This document shows positions 23,862 through 32,000 of a DNA stretch of 32,000 bases, piece after piece (the first letter of the stretch is position 1; the number at the start of each line of letters is the position of its first letter). The position numbers and the translations under genes are program-made. This DNA is from an uncultured archaeon (GTDB taxonomy: Archaea; Iainarchaeota; Iainarchaeia; Iainarchaeales; CSSED10-239). Below the pieces are notes generated by a model that had not been told where the DNA came from, made no database searches, and saw nothing but the letters and a program-made list of their open reading frames with translations. The stretch is from positions 46,207 to 78,206 of the forward strand of contig CAYXAY010000001.1 in the NCBI GenBank assembly GCA_964463155.1, in the 5' to 3' direction.

Positions 23862-26084
23862 ATGATTAAGTCAATAGCTCTTGAAAACTGGAAGACCCAC
23901 CAGGACACAAAGATTTCCTTTGACAAAGGAACAAACATACTTGTAGGAAAGATCGGTTCTGGAAAATCAAGCATAATTGATGCTATATGCTATTCTCTTT
24001 ATGGCACTTTTCCTAGCCTTCAATCAAAGAAAATAACTTTAACAGAAATAATAATGTTTAAGCCAGTCAAAAAAAAAGAGACAAAACTAAAACTAGAATT
24101 TGAGTTTGATTCTAAAAACTACAGAGTAGAAAGAGAAGTTTTTTCTGAAAAGGTAAACACCGCAAAGCTTTTTCTAGATGGTAAGCTTCTTGTTGGTCCA
24201 AAACAAACAGATGTCACAGAAAAGGTTTGCCAGATTCTTGGAATAGACTATGACTTATTTGTTAAGATTGTCTATAGCGAGCAAAACGAGATTGATTATT
24301 TCTTAAAGATTGCTCCAGGAAAAAGAAAAGAACAATTTGACAATCTGTTTGGAATTAATAACTTAGAAAAAATAAAAGTTAATTCAAGACAAGTAAAGAA
24401 CTACCTAGAAACAGAGCTTGATATCACAAAAAAACTAACGCAACAACTGCAGTTTCAACTTGAAAACTACAATCTAGAAGAGATTAATAAAAATATTTCA
24501 AAAAACCAAAAAATAATTTCTGAATTAACAAAACAAACAGCAGAGCTTAAAACCAAAGAAGAAACTCTAAAAATAGAGCTTGATGCCCTAACAAAACAAA
24601 AGCAAGAACAAGATTCACTAAACAAGGAAAAGAACATACTTGACTATCGTATTAAACAACTAAATTTGGAGCTGATAAATCTAGAGAAGCAAAATAATGA
24701 TTTCTTTTTAATACCAAAAGAAGAGCTTTTGAAGAAAAAGACTAGCTTGCAAACAAAGTTTAAGGAAAACAAAGACTTAGAAGTCAAGACAAAAATCCTA
24801 AAAAACGAAAAATCCTTTTTTGAAAACCAATTGTCAAGGTTTGTAAAATCCATAGACTCAACAATTGATTTGTCAAAGATAAGCACAGAAATGACTGAAG
24901 CAACAAAAAAGCTTGATGTGCTTTTACAAGAACAATCAAGGCTTGTTTCTCAAAAAACAGAGAACACGAAAGCAATAGTAGAGCTTGAAAGGGGCTTTTC
25001 AAACTGTCCAGTATGTGACTCACAATTGTCAGAAACGCAAATAAAAGAAAAGTTAAAAACAAAAAAAGAACAGCAAACAAAACTTCTTGAGACATTAGCC
25101 TTCCTTGAAAAAACAATCTTAGAAGGAAAACAACTAACCTTAAGTCTACAAGCACAAGAAAAGAAGGCAAACGAACAACAACTATTAAAAGAAGAAAAGC
25201 AAAAAATACTTTCAAAAATAGAAAAACTAGAAAAAGAAGAAAAACTTTTTGTTAAACCCTGTGACACAAACGCAATAGAAACGGATTTAGAGAACATTGC
25301 GCTAGCTATTACCTACCAAGATAAACAAGCTTTACAAAAGGAAGTCCTTGAAAACCAAAAGCAATTGCTAACAAATCTTTCTTCTCTTGCTTATGATGAA
25401 AACAAATATTTTTCATTATTAACAGACTATAAATCGAAAGAAGAAAAAGTAAAAAGCAACAACATTCAAATTTCTTTAATTCAAAAGATTATAGATGATT
25501 TAAACAAAACAATATCTTTTCATAATCAATTATCTTCTCAATTACAAGAAAAGCAATCATCAATAACAAAGCTTGAGACTAAACAAAAAGACATGACTTT
25601 CTTTACTTTGGCTCTTGAAAACAGCCAAGAGCATCTAAGAAAGGTTTTAGTGGGCAACATCAACCAGACTCTTGAAATAATCTGGCCAAAAATCTATCCT
25701 TATGGTGATTATGTTTCTGCTAGATTAAAGGCAGAAAACGATTATGTCCTTGAAGTAGAAACTCTTCAAAAAGAATGGATAAGAGTTGAAGGTCTGTTGT
25801 CTGGGGGCGAAAGAACCTGCGCGGCTCTAAGCATTAGGGTGGCTATTGCCTTGTCTTTAACAAAGAAACTAGGTCTTTTGATACTTGATGAGCCAACACA
25901 CAACCTGGACACAAAGACAATCTCAATGCTGTCTTCAATCCTTGACAAGGAACTACCAGAGCTAGTTGACCAAATCTTTATAATAACTCATGACCAAAAA
26001 TTATTAGAGACAGCAAACGCCAGTAAATACCTAATAGAAAGAGACAAAGAAAACGACGGTGTTTCTTTTATAAAAGAAGAGTAA
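23862..26084 (+). CDS. rad50: DNA double-strand break repair ATPase Rad50
   Basis: Walker A GKIGSGKSSIIDAI, a long Lys/Glu/Gln-rich coiled coil, zinc hook CPVC (25005-25016), signature LSGGERTCAALSIRVAIA and Walker B LLILDEPTHNLD. Confidence 0.9.
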   Translation: MIKSIALENWKTHQDTKISFDKGTNILVGKIGSGKSSIIDAICYSLYGTFPSLQSKKITLTEIIMFKPVKKKETKLKLEFEFDSKNYRVEREVFSEKVNTAKLFLDGKLLVGPKQTDVTEKVCQILGIDYDLFVKIVYSEQNEIDYFLKIAPGKRKEQFDNLFGINNLEKIKVNSRQVKNYLETELDITKKLTQQLQFQLENYNLEEINKNISKNQKIISELTKQTAELKTKEETLKIELDALTKQKQEQDSLNKEKNILDYRIKQLNLELINLEKQNNDFFLIPKEELLKKKTSLQTKFKENKDLEVKTKILKNEKSFFENQLSRFVKSIDSTIDLSKISTEMTEATKKLDVLLQEQSRLVSQKTENTKAIVELERGFSNCPVCDSQLSETQIKEKLKTKKEQQTKLLETLAFLEKTILEGKQLTLSLQAQEKKANEQQLLKEEKQKILSKIEKLEKEEKLFVKPCDTNAIETDLENIALAITYQDKQALQKEVLENQKQLLTNLSSLAYDENKYFSLLTDYKSKEEKVKSNNIQISLIQKIIDDLNKTISFHNQLSSQLQEKQSSITKLETKQKDMTFFTLALENSQEHLRKVLVGNINQTLEIIWPKIYPYGDYVSARLKAENDYVLEVETLQKEWIRVEGLLSGGERTCAALSIRVAIALSLTKKLGLLILDEPTHNLDTKTISMLSSILDKELPELVDQIFIITHDQKLLETANASKYLIERDKENDGVSFIKEE

Positions 26085-26127
26085 TTCAAGTTAATACTTT
26101 AAAATACTTGTTTTCCATATATTATAT

Positions 26128-27378
26128 ATGGCAAATGCTGAGATTTCTAATTTCACTGTTTCTTATCTAAGAGATCTTTTCAGAAATCATTATCAACACA
26201 ATCCAATTAATAGCACAATAGCTTTAGATACAAGAGAAGTAGGAATTGGAGATTTTGGAAAAAAGATTAGTTCAAGGCATTTATCTTTTAGAAACAATAA
26301 AGCGCTTAATAAGTTTCTAGTGGATAACACGCCTTTTTACATCTCCTACTCAGCAGCCTACTATAAATACCCAGACAGAAGGCCAATGGAGAAAAAGGAA
26401 CTATATGGCTCAGACATAGTATATGAGTTTGATGCTGATGATTTTGATTTGCCCTGTAAAGAAAAACACGATGTTTGGTTTTGCTCAAATTGTGAAAGCT
26501 TCGGCAAAGGCCATAAAGATGTTTGCTCAGAGTGCCAAGGAAAACTAGAAGTGATTGAATGGGTTTGCGACAAGTGTCTGGGTCACACCAAAGCAGAAAC
26601 TCTTCGGCTTATGGATTTTCTAGAAACAGATTTTTCTCTTGACCCAAAATCTTTTGTGATTTCTTTCTCTGGTTCAAAAGGTTATCACTTGAGAATAATA
26701 GACCCAAAGATTATTCCTTTATCAAAGTCTTCTCGCCTGCAGATGATGAATTATATCCAGGGTAAAGATAGAAACCTAGAAAAGCTAGGCTTTGAATACA
26801 AGAGAAAGCAATGGTATTGCCCAAACCCCGATGTTAAGAACGGCTGGTCCGGAAAGATTATGTTATTTATAAAAAACTATATAAAAAGCATGAACGAAGA
26901 ACAATTAAAGAAAGATTTCACTTATTCAAAAATAAAAGCAACAAAAATCCTAGACCAAAGGGAAGTTATTTTAAATAAGATGTATAATAATATATTATGG
27001 CACACTTTTTCAAGTGATTCAAAACAAGATGCCAAATTTTGGGAGGATCTATTAACTTTAGCAATTTCTAGGCTTGGTTTTAGAATAGACCCCACGTCTT
27101 CAGATATCTACAAGATAATGAGAATGCCTGACACAATTCATGGTGGAACAGGGTTATTATCTAACAAAATCAAAGACAGAGAAAGTTTAAAGAATTTTGA
27201 TCCTTTTATTGATTCAGTGATTTTTAGACCAGACAAATCAAGGGTTGGAGAAGTGATAAGGCCAATACCAAAATTCAGATTATTAGAACAAGAATTTGGT
27301 CCTTATAACATTAGGGAAAAAATTGATTTCCCAGAATCTGTAAGCGTTTATTTATTATTAAAGGGGGCAATAAAATGA
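26128..27378 (+). CDS. priS: DNA primase small (catalytic) subunit PriS
   Basis: Catalytic acidic motif IVYEFDADDFD, a Cys-rich zinc module (CSNC...CSEC...CDKC), and SFSGSKGYHLRI and RMPDTIHGGTG motifs of AEP primases. Confidence 0.85.
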   Translation: MANAEISNFTVSYLRDLFRNHYQHNPINSTIALDTREVGIGDFGKKISSRHLSFRNNKALNKFLVDNTPFYISYSAAYYKYPDRRPMEKKELYGSDIVYEFDADDFDLPCKEKHDVWFCSNCESFGKGHKDVCSECQGKLEVIEWVCDKCLGHTKAETLRLMDFLETDFSLDPKSFVISFSGSKGYHLRIIDPKIIPLSKSSRLQMMNYIQGKDRNLEKLGFEYKRKQWYCPNPDVKNGWSGKIMLFIKNYIKSMNEEQLKKDFTYSKIKATKILDQREVILNKMYNNILWHTFSSDSKQDAKFWEDLLTLAISRLGFRIDPTSSDIYKIMRMPDTIHGGTGLLSNKIKDRESLKNFDPFIDSVIFRPDKSRVGEVIRPIPKFRLLEQEFGPYNIREKIDFPESVSVYLLLKGAIK

Positions 27379-27932
27379 TGGATTACAAGGTTGATTTTGA
27401 TGAGTTGTCAAGGATATATAGGCTAGAGACTAAATCGCCAAGATTAACTAAACTAGACCCATCATACTATAAGGAATTAAAAAAATATTTGGTTCTTGAA
27501 AAAACCAAATACCTAGAGGCATTAGAAACATTGTCTCCAGCCGATTTAAAGAAATTCGAAATGCTAAAACAAACAGTGATAAAGATTAGAGAAATAAGAC
27601 TTAAAAAATGCCTAAACATATGTTTAACATACAGCAGAACAAACGATATAACAGAAGACCACTTGATTGATTTTGAGATTGATTTTGTAAGAGATATAAA
27701 AAAGCTTCTTGACAAGCAAGCAGAATACACTGAAAGTTTGTTTGGGACAAAATCAAAGAAAGAAGACAAGCTTGTGCCATTAGTAAAAGTTATTGCTCTT
27801 CAAAGCATACCTTCATTTATTGGTTCGGACATGAAAGAATATGGTCCATTTGATAAAGACACAAATTGCGAAATTCCAGAAAACATCTTTACTATTCTTC
27901 TTTCAAAAAATATTGTTAAAAAAATAGAGTGA
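27375..27932 (+). CDS. GINS complex subunit, Gins51 (Gins15)-like
   Basis: N-terminal helical A-domain (ELSRIYRLETKSPRLTKLDPSYYKELKKYL) and C-terminal B-domain (VKVIALQSIPSFIGSDMKEYGPFDKDTNCEIPENIFTILLSKNIVKKI). It has an ATGA overlap with priS. The priS-gins51 linkage is a known archaeal neighbourhood. Confidence 0.65.
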   Translation: MMDYKVDFDELSRIYRLETKSPRLTKLDPSYYKELKKYLVLEKTKYLEALETLSPADLKKFEMLKQTVIKIREIRLKKCLNICLTYSRTNDITEDHLIDFEIDFVRDIKKLLDKQAEYTESLFGTKSKKEDKLVPLVKVIALQSIPSFIGSDMKEYGPFDKDTNCEIPENIFTILLSKNIVKKIE

Positions 27933-27937
27933 TAATC

Positions 27938-28705
27938 ATGGTAGAATATCCCAGAATTACAAGCATAGTAATATGTAAGATTACAAAGATAACAGACTAT
28001 GGAGTGTTTGTAAATTTATTAGAGTATGATAACCTTGAAGGTTTCATCCATATTTCTCAAGTTTCATCAACCTGGGTAAAAAATATTCACAATCACGTGA
28101 AATTAAACCAGATAAGAGCAGGAAAGGTCCTTCATATCGATACTAACAAAAACCAAATAGATCTTTCCTTTAACAGAGCGACTTCAGCTGAAGAGAAAAG
28201 AAAGATTTCTGACTATCGTTTGTTTAAAAGAGCACAAAGTCTTTTGTCAGTAGTGGCAAAGGAACTAAAAGTGACTGATGAAGAGATTTGGTCTACTGTT
28301 GCTGAGCCAATACTTGAAAAAGAAACAAGTCTTTACAATGGTTTTATACATATTCTAAAAAACGGAATTGAAACCTTTCCAGAGATTGACAAGAGATACA
28401 CAACTAAATTAATTGATGTCCTTTCAAAAAGCATTACTTTAAAATACAAAAAAATAATAGGAATTTTAGAAATCTCAAACCCAACAGAAACAGGAATAGA
28501 GATAATAAAAAAAGCTTTAAAGAAAGCAACAGACAAACATAAAGATGCAAGCATTACTTATGTTTCTGCAGGAAAGTATGAATTAATAGTTACAGCAAAG
28601 GATTACAAGACCGCATCAAAGTATTTTAATGAGATAACAGAATTTCTAACTAAACAATTAAAGGGAAGCAAGTTCAAAGTCACCCCCAAGGAAAAAAGCA
28701 AATAG
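27938..28705 (+). CDS. eif2a: Translation initiation factor aIF2 alpha subunit
   Basis: N-terminal S1 domain (IVICKITKITDYGVFVNLLEYDNLEGFIHISQVSSTWVKNI), then helical and alpha-beta domains of the right size. The track ORF starts at an upstream GTG (27929). Confidence 0.9.
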   Translation: MVEYPRITSIVICKITKITDYGVFVNLLEYDNLEGFIHISQVSSTWVKNIHNHVKLNQIRAGKVLHIDTNKNQIDLSFNRATSAEEKRKISDYRLFKRAQSLLSVVAKELKVTDEEIWSTVAEPILEKETSLYNGFIHILKNGIETFPEIDKRYTTKLIDVLSKSITLKYKKIIGILEISNPTETGIEIIKKALKKATDKHKDASITYVSAGKYELIVTAKDYKTASKYFNEITEFLTKQLKGSKFKVTPKEKSK

Positions 28706-28719
28706 TTTTTGGTGAGCTT

Positions 28720-29514
28720 ATGTTAACAAAAATTGATGTTAAAAAACAAAAGAAATTAAAAAACCCAATAATGCTTGTTGGTCTTCCAGGCATTGGTCTA
28801 GTAGGAAAGATTGCAGTTGATTATTTAGTTAATGCATTAAAACCAAAGACAACAGTGTATGCAACAATTGTCTCTGATTCTTTTCCCCCAGCAGTTCATG
28901 CAAAGAACTCAACATTAGAATTAATCTCAAACAACATTTTTCTTTACAGGACAAACGCAAGAGATTATTTGTTTGTGGCAGGGCCTGTTCAGCCAAATCT
29001 TACAAACCTAGCAAATAGTCAAGAGCATTATGAGTTTTCTGAAAGGATTGCAGAGTTTGCAAAAAAGCAAGGAGTTAAAGAAATCTACACCTTTGCAGGC
29101 CTAAACATAGGAGAAAAAAGACTTAACCAAAAACCAAGAATTCTAGCTGTTGCTAGCGACAAAGAAACTAAAGAAAAACTTAAAAAGAAAAAAATAGGAA
29201 ACATAATTTTTGAAGACAGTTCAGCAGACACCTTAATTTCTGGTGTTGCTGGTCTTTTGATTGGCGTTGCGTATTATAATCACAAGATTCCTGGCTGCTG
29301 CTTTATGGGAGAAACTGATCAAAAGTTAATCTTTGGCGATCAAGGGTCAGCAAGAAGCATTGTTGATGTAATTTGTAGTATGTTTAATTTTACTGTTGAT
29401 ATGAAAAAGATAGATACTCAAGCAAAGAAGATTGAAGAATCATTTATAGAGATACAGCAAAAGATTAAAGAACTTGAAAAGAAAAGAGAAACACCAGTAA
29501 GTTATATCAGGTGA
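28720..29514 (+). CDS. PAC2-family protein (archaeal PbaA/PbaB-like proteasome assembly chaperone; COG1938)
   Basis: NPIMLVGLPGIGLVGKIAVDYLV...SDSFPP motif and a coiled-coil C-terminus. It follows aIF2-alpha, as in the conserved archaeal gene string. Confidence 0.7.
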   Translation: MLTKIDVKKQKKLKNPIMLVGLPGIGLVGKIAVDYLVNALKPKTTVYATIVSDSFPPAVHAKNSTLELISNNIFLYRTNARDYLFVAGPVQPNLTNLANSQEHYEFSERIAEFAKKQGVKEIYTFAGLNIGEKRLNQKPRILAVASDKETKEKLKKKKIGNIIFEDSSADTLISGVAGLLIGVAYYNHKIPGCCFMGETDQKLIFGDQGSARSIVDVICSMFNFTVDMKKIDTQAKKIEESFIEIQQKIKELEKKRETPVSYIR

Positions 29515-29522
29515 TAATTTTA

Positions 29523-30383
29523 ATGCATAGACTTTTAAAGATTAGAAAACCACCAATAAATCCAGAATTAAAAGTTGTTAGACACAGAGTTACAAATGAG
29601 AAATTTGATAATTCTCATTTCCCTAGTTCTTTTATAAGTGAATTAAAGGTGTCTAAAGATAAAACCGGAAAACCAATAAAACTTGGAGGTGGAATATTTG
29701 GTGAAATATATCTTGGGCAAGTGAAATTTAAAAACGGTTCAAAAAAAAGAGTTGCAATTAAAAGATTTACACAAATTTTTGAAGAACTAAAAATGACAGA
29801 TCAAGATGCAAGAAGATATCAACAGTTTATTGATACTTTAAGAAAGATTGAATTAGAGCACGATGTAGCATTTCCAAATCGCCAAATTGGGAAAGCAAAG
29901 ATGATACCAAAGATGGCAATGGTTAAAATTCAAGAGAAAGGAAGAGATCCAGAATGGGTTGTTGTCTCTCAAGCATTTGTAAAAGAAGGTAAATCAAAAT
30001 TTAAAGAAAACAATGATGTTAATTACACCAAATTTAATATGTCAGAATATACATGGAATATATTAAAACTTGGAGAGCAAGGTTTTATTAAAGAAGGATC
30101 TTTAGGTTTTTTAGCAGATCTTTTTACAGAGCACAGAGATGGTAGTTTAATACCAATGGATCTTGATTTTGCAAAAACTTTAGATTTTAAGAAAAGAGAT
30201 AGAGATACAAGAGCAAATGACATATTAAATGCTTTAGCCCACCATGCAGGCATTTTAAATAAACATAAAGATGTTTATAATGCACACTACAAAGAATTAG
30301 TTTTAAATCTTTTAAAACACAAAATGGATCCAAAGTTAAAAGACACATTAATTTTACATAGAACAAATTTTTTAAAAAAGTGA
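29523..30383 (+). CDS. Divergent protein-kinase-like (ePK-fold) protein of unknown function
   Basis: Gly-rich loop LGGGIFGEIYLG, then VAIKRF (beta3 Lys) about 20 residues later. A degenerate catalytic segment follows: FLADLFTEH (D-x4-H instead of D-x4-N), then DLDFA in place of DFG. AGGTGA lies 8 nt upstream of the ATG at 29523. Confidence 0.5.
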   Translation: MHRLLKIRKPPINPELKVVRHRVTNEKFDNSHFPSSFISELKVSKDKTGKPIKLGGGIFGEIYLGQVKFKNGSKKRVAIKRFTQIFEELKMTDQDARRYQQFIDTLRKIELEHDVAFPNRQIGKAKMIPKMAMVKIQEKGRDPEWVVVSQAFVKEGKSKFKENNDVNYTKFNMSEYTWNILKLGEQGFIKEGSLGFLADLFTEHRDGSLIPMDLDFAKTLDFKKRDRDTRANDILNALAHHAGILNKHKDVYNAHYKELVLNLLKHKMDPKLKDTLILHRTNFLKK

Positions 30384-30387
30384 TTTC

Positions 30388-31929
30388 GTGAATACAAAAG
30401 AAGAAAAAGGAATTGTAATTTCTACAATGGATGGGCCATCCACCACAAAACTTTCTTTTGTTTGCACAAAAAATGATGTTTACAAAGGAGAATATATTCA
30501 GATTGATTATTCTCAAGGTTCTCTAATAGGAATTGTTACTGACGTTATAAAAAGAAACAGATACTTTGAAAACTCTGATTCTGTTAAAGACTTTGAAAAC
30601 AATAATGTTGATATTAAAAAACTTTTCCCAAGTGACGAGTGGGAGTTTCTTGAAGCGGTTGTTAAGCCTCTTGGCGTTTATTCTCTACAAAACGGTTTTA
30701 CCAGAACAAACCTTCCAGTCTCTCCTGGCCAAAAGGTTTATTTGGCAGACCCTGCTGTGCTTGCTAAGTTTCTTCACTTTGATAAATCAGGAGTTTTCTT
30801 AGGAAACATTGAACACCCAAATCTTGAAGTTACTCTTAATGTTGATAGACTTTTACAAAAGCACTTGGCTATCCTTGCCCAATCTGGTGCAGGTAAAAGT
30901 TATTTAACTTCTGTAGTTATTGAAGAGCTTCTAGACAGAACAAAAGAGCAAGGAAGAATTGCAGTTGTGCTGTTTGACACACACGGAGAGTATTCGTCTT
31001 TTGCGACACCTGCAACTGATAAAACAAAAACAGATTATTCTTCTAAAGTCACATTGATTGACTCAAAGGATATTAAGATTGGTTGTACAGGTCTTTCAGC
31101 AGGCTTTTATGCAACATTAATCCCAGAGATGACGCCTCCTCAAAAGATAAGGCTTTCAAAAATCATTAACAAACTAAATGAAGACAAGAAACATGGTGCA
31201 GGTCCATATTCCTTGCAAACAATTGTTAAAGAAATAGAAAATCTTGATGAAGATGACAAGACTGCTAAAAACCTAAGAGACAAGCTTCTTGACTTAGTGC
31301 ATTATCGTTTGTTTGACAAGATTGATTATCCTTCAATTAACGATATAGTAAGTTCAGGAAAACTAACAATCATTGATATGTCCAGAGAAATAGACAAAAA
31401 AAAAAAGCAAATCATGATGTATTATTTTGCAAACAAGCTTTTCAGGGCCCGAATGGAACACAATTCAGTTCCGCCTTTTACTCTAGTTGTTGAAGAAGCA
31501 CACCAGTATGCTCCGGAGATGGCAAGTCGTGAGAACGCTCTTGCAAAAACCATCCTTGAAACTATTGCAAGAGAAGGTAGAAAGTTTGGTGCAAGTGTTT
31601 GGCTTATCTCTCAGCGTCCAGTTAAGCTTTCAACAACAATTCTTTCACAAGCAAACACTCACATAATCCTAAGAATAACAAACCCTTACGACCTAAAGCA
31701 CATAGGCGAATCAAGCGAAGGCTTAGACCAAAATTCCATTAACATGATAACTTCTTTAAGGGTTGGCGAAGCCTTGATTGTTGGAGAAGCAAGTAGCCAT
31801 CCAGTTTTCTTCAAGGTTAGAAAAAGAAGGTCTCAAGAATCTCATCTTGACGTCTCTCTTTCAGGTCTTGCAAAAAGATTTGAAGAAAAAAAAGAAACCA
31901 AGAACAAAGAGCTTGATGAGCTAATCTAA
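30388..31929 (+). CDS. herA: HerA-type hexameric DNA helicase/translocase (HAS barrel plus FtsK/HerA ATPase, DUF87)
   Basis: N-terminal HAS-barrel-like segment (GIVISTMDG...GEYIQIDY..GSLIGIVTDV), Walker A LAQSGAGKSY, Walker B TLVVEEAHQY and the REGRKFG arginine-finger region. The start is a GTG. Confidence 0.85.
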   Translation: MNTKEEKGIVISTMDGPSTTKLSFVCTKNDVYKGEYIQIDYSQGSLIGIVTDVIKRNRYFENSDSVKDFENNNVDIKKLFPSDEWEFLEAVVKPLGVYSLQNGFTRTNLPVSPGQKVYLADPAVLAKFLHFDKSGVFLGNIEHPNLEVTLNVDRLLQKHLAILAQSGAGKSYLTSVVIEELLDRTKEQGRIAVVLFDTHGEYSSFATPATDKTKTDYSSKVTLIDSKDIKIGCTGLSAGFYATLIPEMTPPQKIRLSKIINKLNEDKKHGAGPYSLQTIVKEIENLDEDDKTAKNLRDKLLDLVHYRLFDKIDYPSINDIVSSGKLTIIDMSREIDKKKKQIMMYYFANKLFRARMEHNSVPPFTLVVEEAHQYAPEMASRENALAKTILETIAREGRKFGASVWLISQRPVKLSTTILSQANTHIILRITNPYDLKHIGESSEGLDQNSINMITSLRVGEALIVGEASSHPVFFKVRKRRSQESHLDVSLSGLAKRFEEKKETKNKELDELI

Positions 31930-31930
31930 C

Positions 31931-31940
31931 TTTTTTTTTT
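31931..31940 (+). terminator. Oligo-T tract (T10) one nucleotide after the herA stop codon; candidate archaeal intrinsic terminator
   Basis: Ten consecutive T residues at 31931-31940, following TAA at 31927-29. Archaeal RNA polymerase terminates at oligo-T runs. Confidence 0.4.
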
Positions 31941-31956
31941 CAGGACTGTAGAAATC

Positions 31957-31982
31957 CTTTTACAATATTAATATTGTAAAAG
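31957..31982. repeat. Perfect 26-bp palindrome (13-bp arms, no spacer)
   Basis: CTTTTACAATATT/AATATTGTAAAAG, read directly from the sequence. Confidence 0.7.
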
Positions 31983-32000
31983 AAATAGCTTTTTTATTTC

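Noticed and set aside
24784-25297. Long antisense ORFs inside rad50 (24784-25215 and 24950-25297, minus strand). The track also lists many similar antisense or alternative-frame ORFs, e.g. 653-865, 2651-2938, 6088-6345, 9033-9287, 10447-10671, 14832-15182, 19904-20248, 23274-23588, 27467-27769 and 30187-30516.
   Set aside because: They lie entirely within strongly supported genes on the other strand or in another frame. They encode low-complexity Phe/Ser/Leu-rich peptides, the mirror image of Lys/Glu-rich coding sequence. They have no recognisable motifs or ribosome-binding sites.
29494-29514. C-terminal ...PVSYIR of the PAC2-family protein as an HbYX proteasome-docking motif.
   Set aside because: HbYX requires Tyr at the penultimate position. 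Here Tyr is antepenultimate, so the motif is out of register and no claim is made.
1-32000. Searched by eye for CRISPR repeats, tRNA/rRNA-like GC-rich islands, transposase or integrase genes, and long direct or inverted terminal repeats indicating a mobile element or provirus.
   Set aside because: No regularly spaced repeats, no GC-rich structured segments in any intergenic gap, and no recombinase-like ORFs were found. The only repeated units are the diverged pilin paralogues. A covariance-model scan (tRNAscan-SE/Infernal) would be needed to exclude small ncRNAs formally.

Overview
This is an AT-rich (roughly one-third GC by eye), very tightly packed archaeal chromosomal segment. The gene content and compaction suggest a small-genome DPANN-type archaeon; that placement is inference. 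Many start and stop codons overlap, Shine-Dalgarno-like GGAGG/GGTGA motifs sit upstream of starts, and TTTATATA-type TATA boxes are common. About 43 protein genes can be supported. I could not see any rRNA, tRNA, CRISPR array, transposase or integrase.

Two themes dominate.

(1) Dense set of replication, repair and information-processing genes:
- two Orc1/Cdc6 paralogues, PCNA, PriL, PriS, a GINS51-like subunit, Rad50 and HerA
- Rpo6, Rpo11, eS17, aIF2-alpha, Pelota, DRG GTPase, Csl4, EndA and Dph5

(2) Unusually heavy investment in type IV pilus-like surface filaments, spread over three loci:
- a split FlaJ/TadC-type platform followed by four tandem pilin paralogues that share a fixed four-cysteine pattern
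- a four-gene module of class-III-signal-peptide proteins
- a two-pilin module translationally coupled to a polytopic HExxH membrane protein
- no assembly ATPase or aspartyl prepilin peptidase is visible in the window

Other points of interest:
- a multiply frameshifted surface-protein pseudogene
- a divergent protein-kinase-like orphan between a PAC2-family gene and herA
- rad50 and herA uncoupled from mre11 and nurA
- a candidate origin-like intergenic region upstream of the second orc1/cdc6

All family calls come from motif recognition in the supplied translations. No database search was run.
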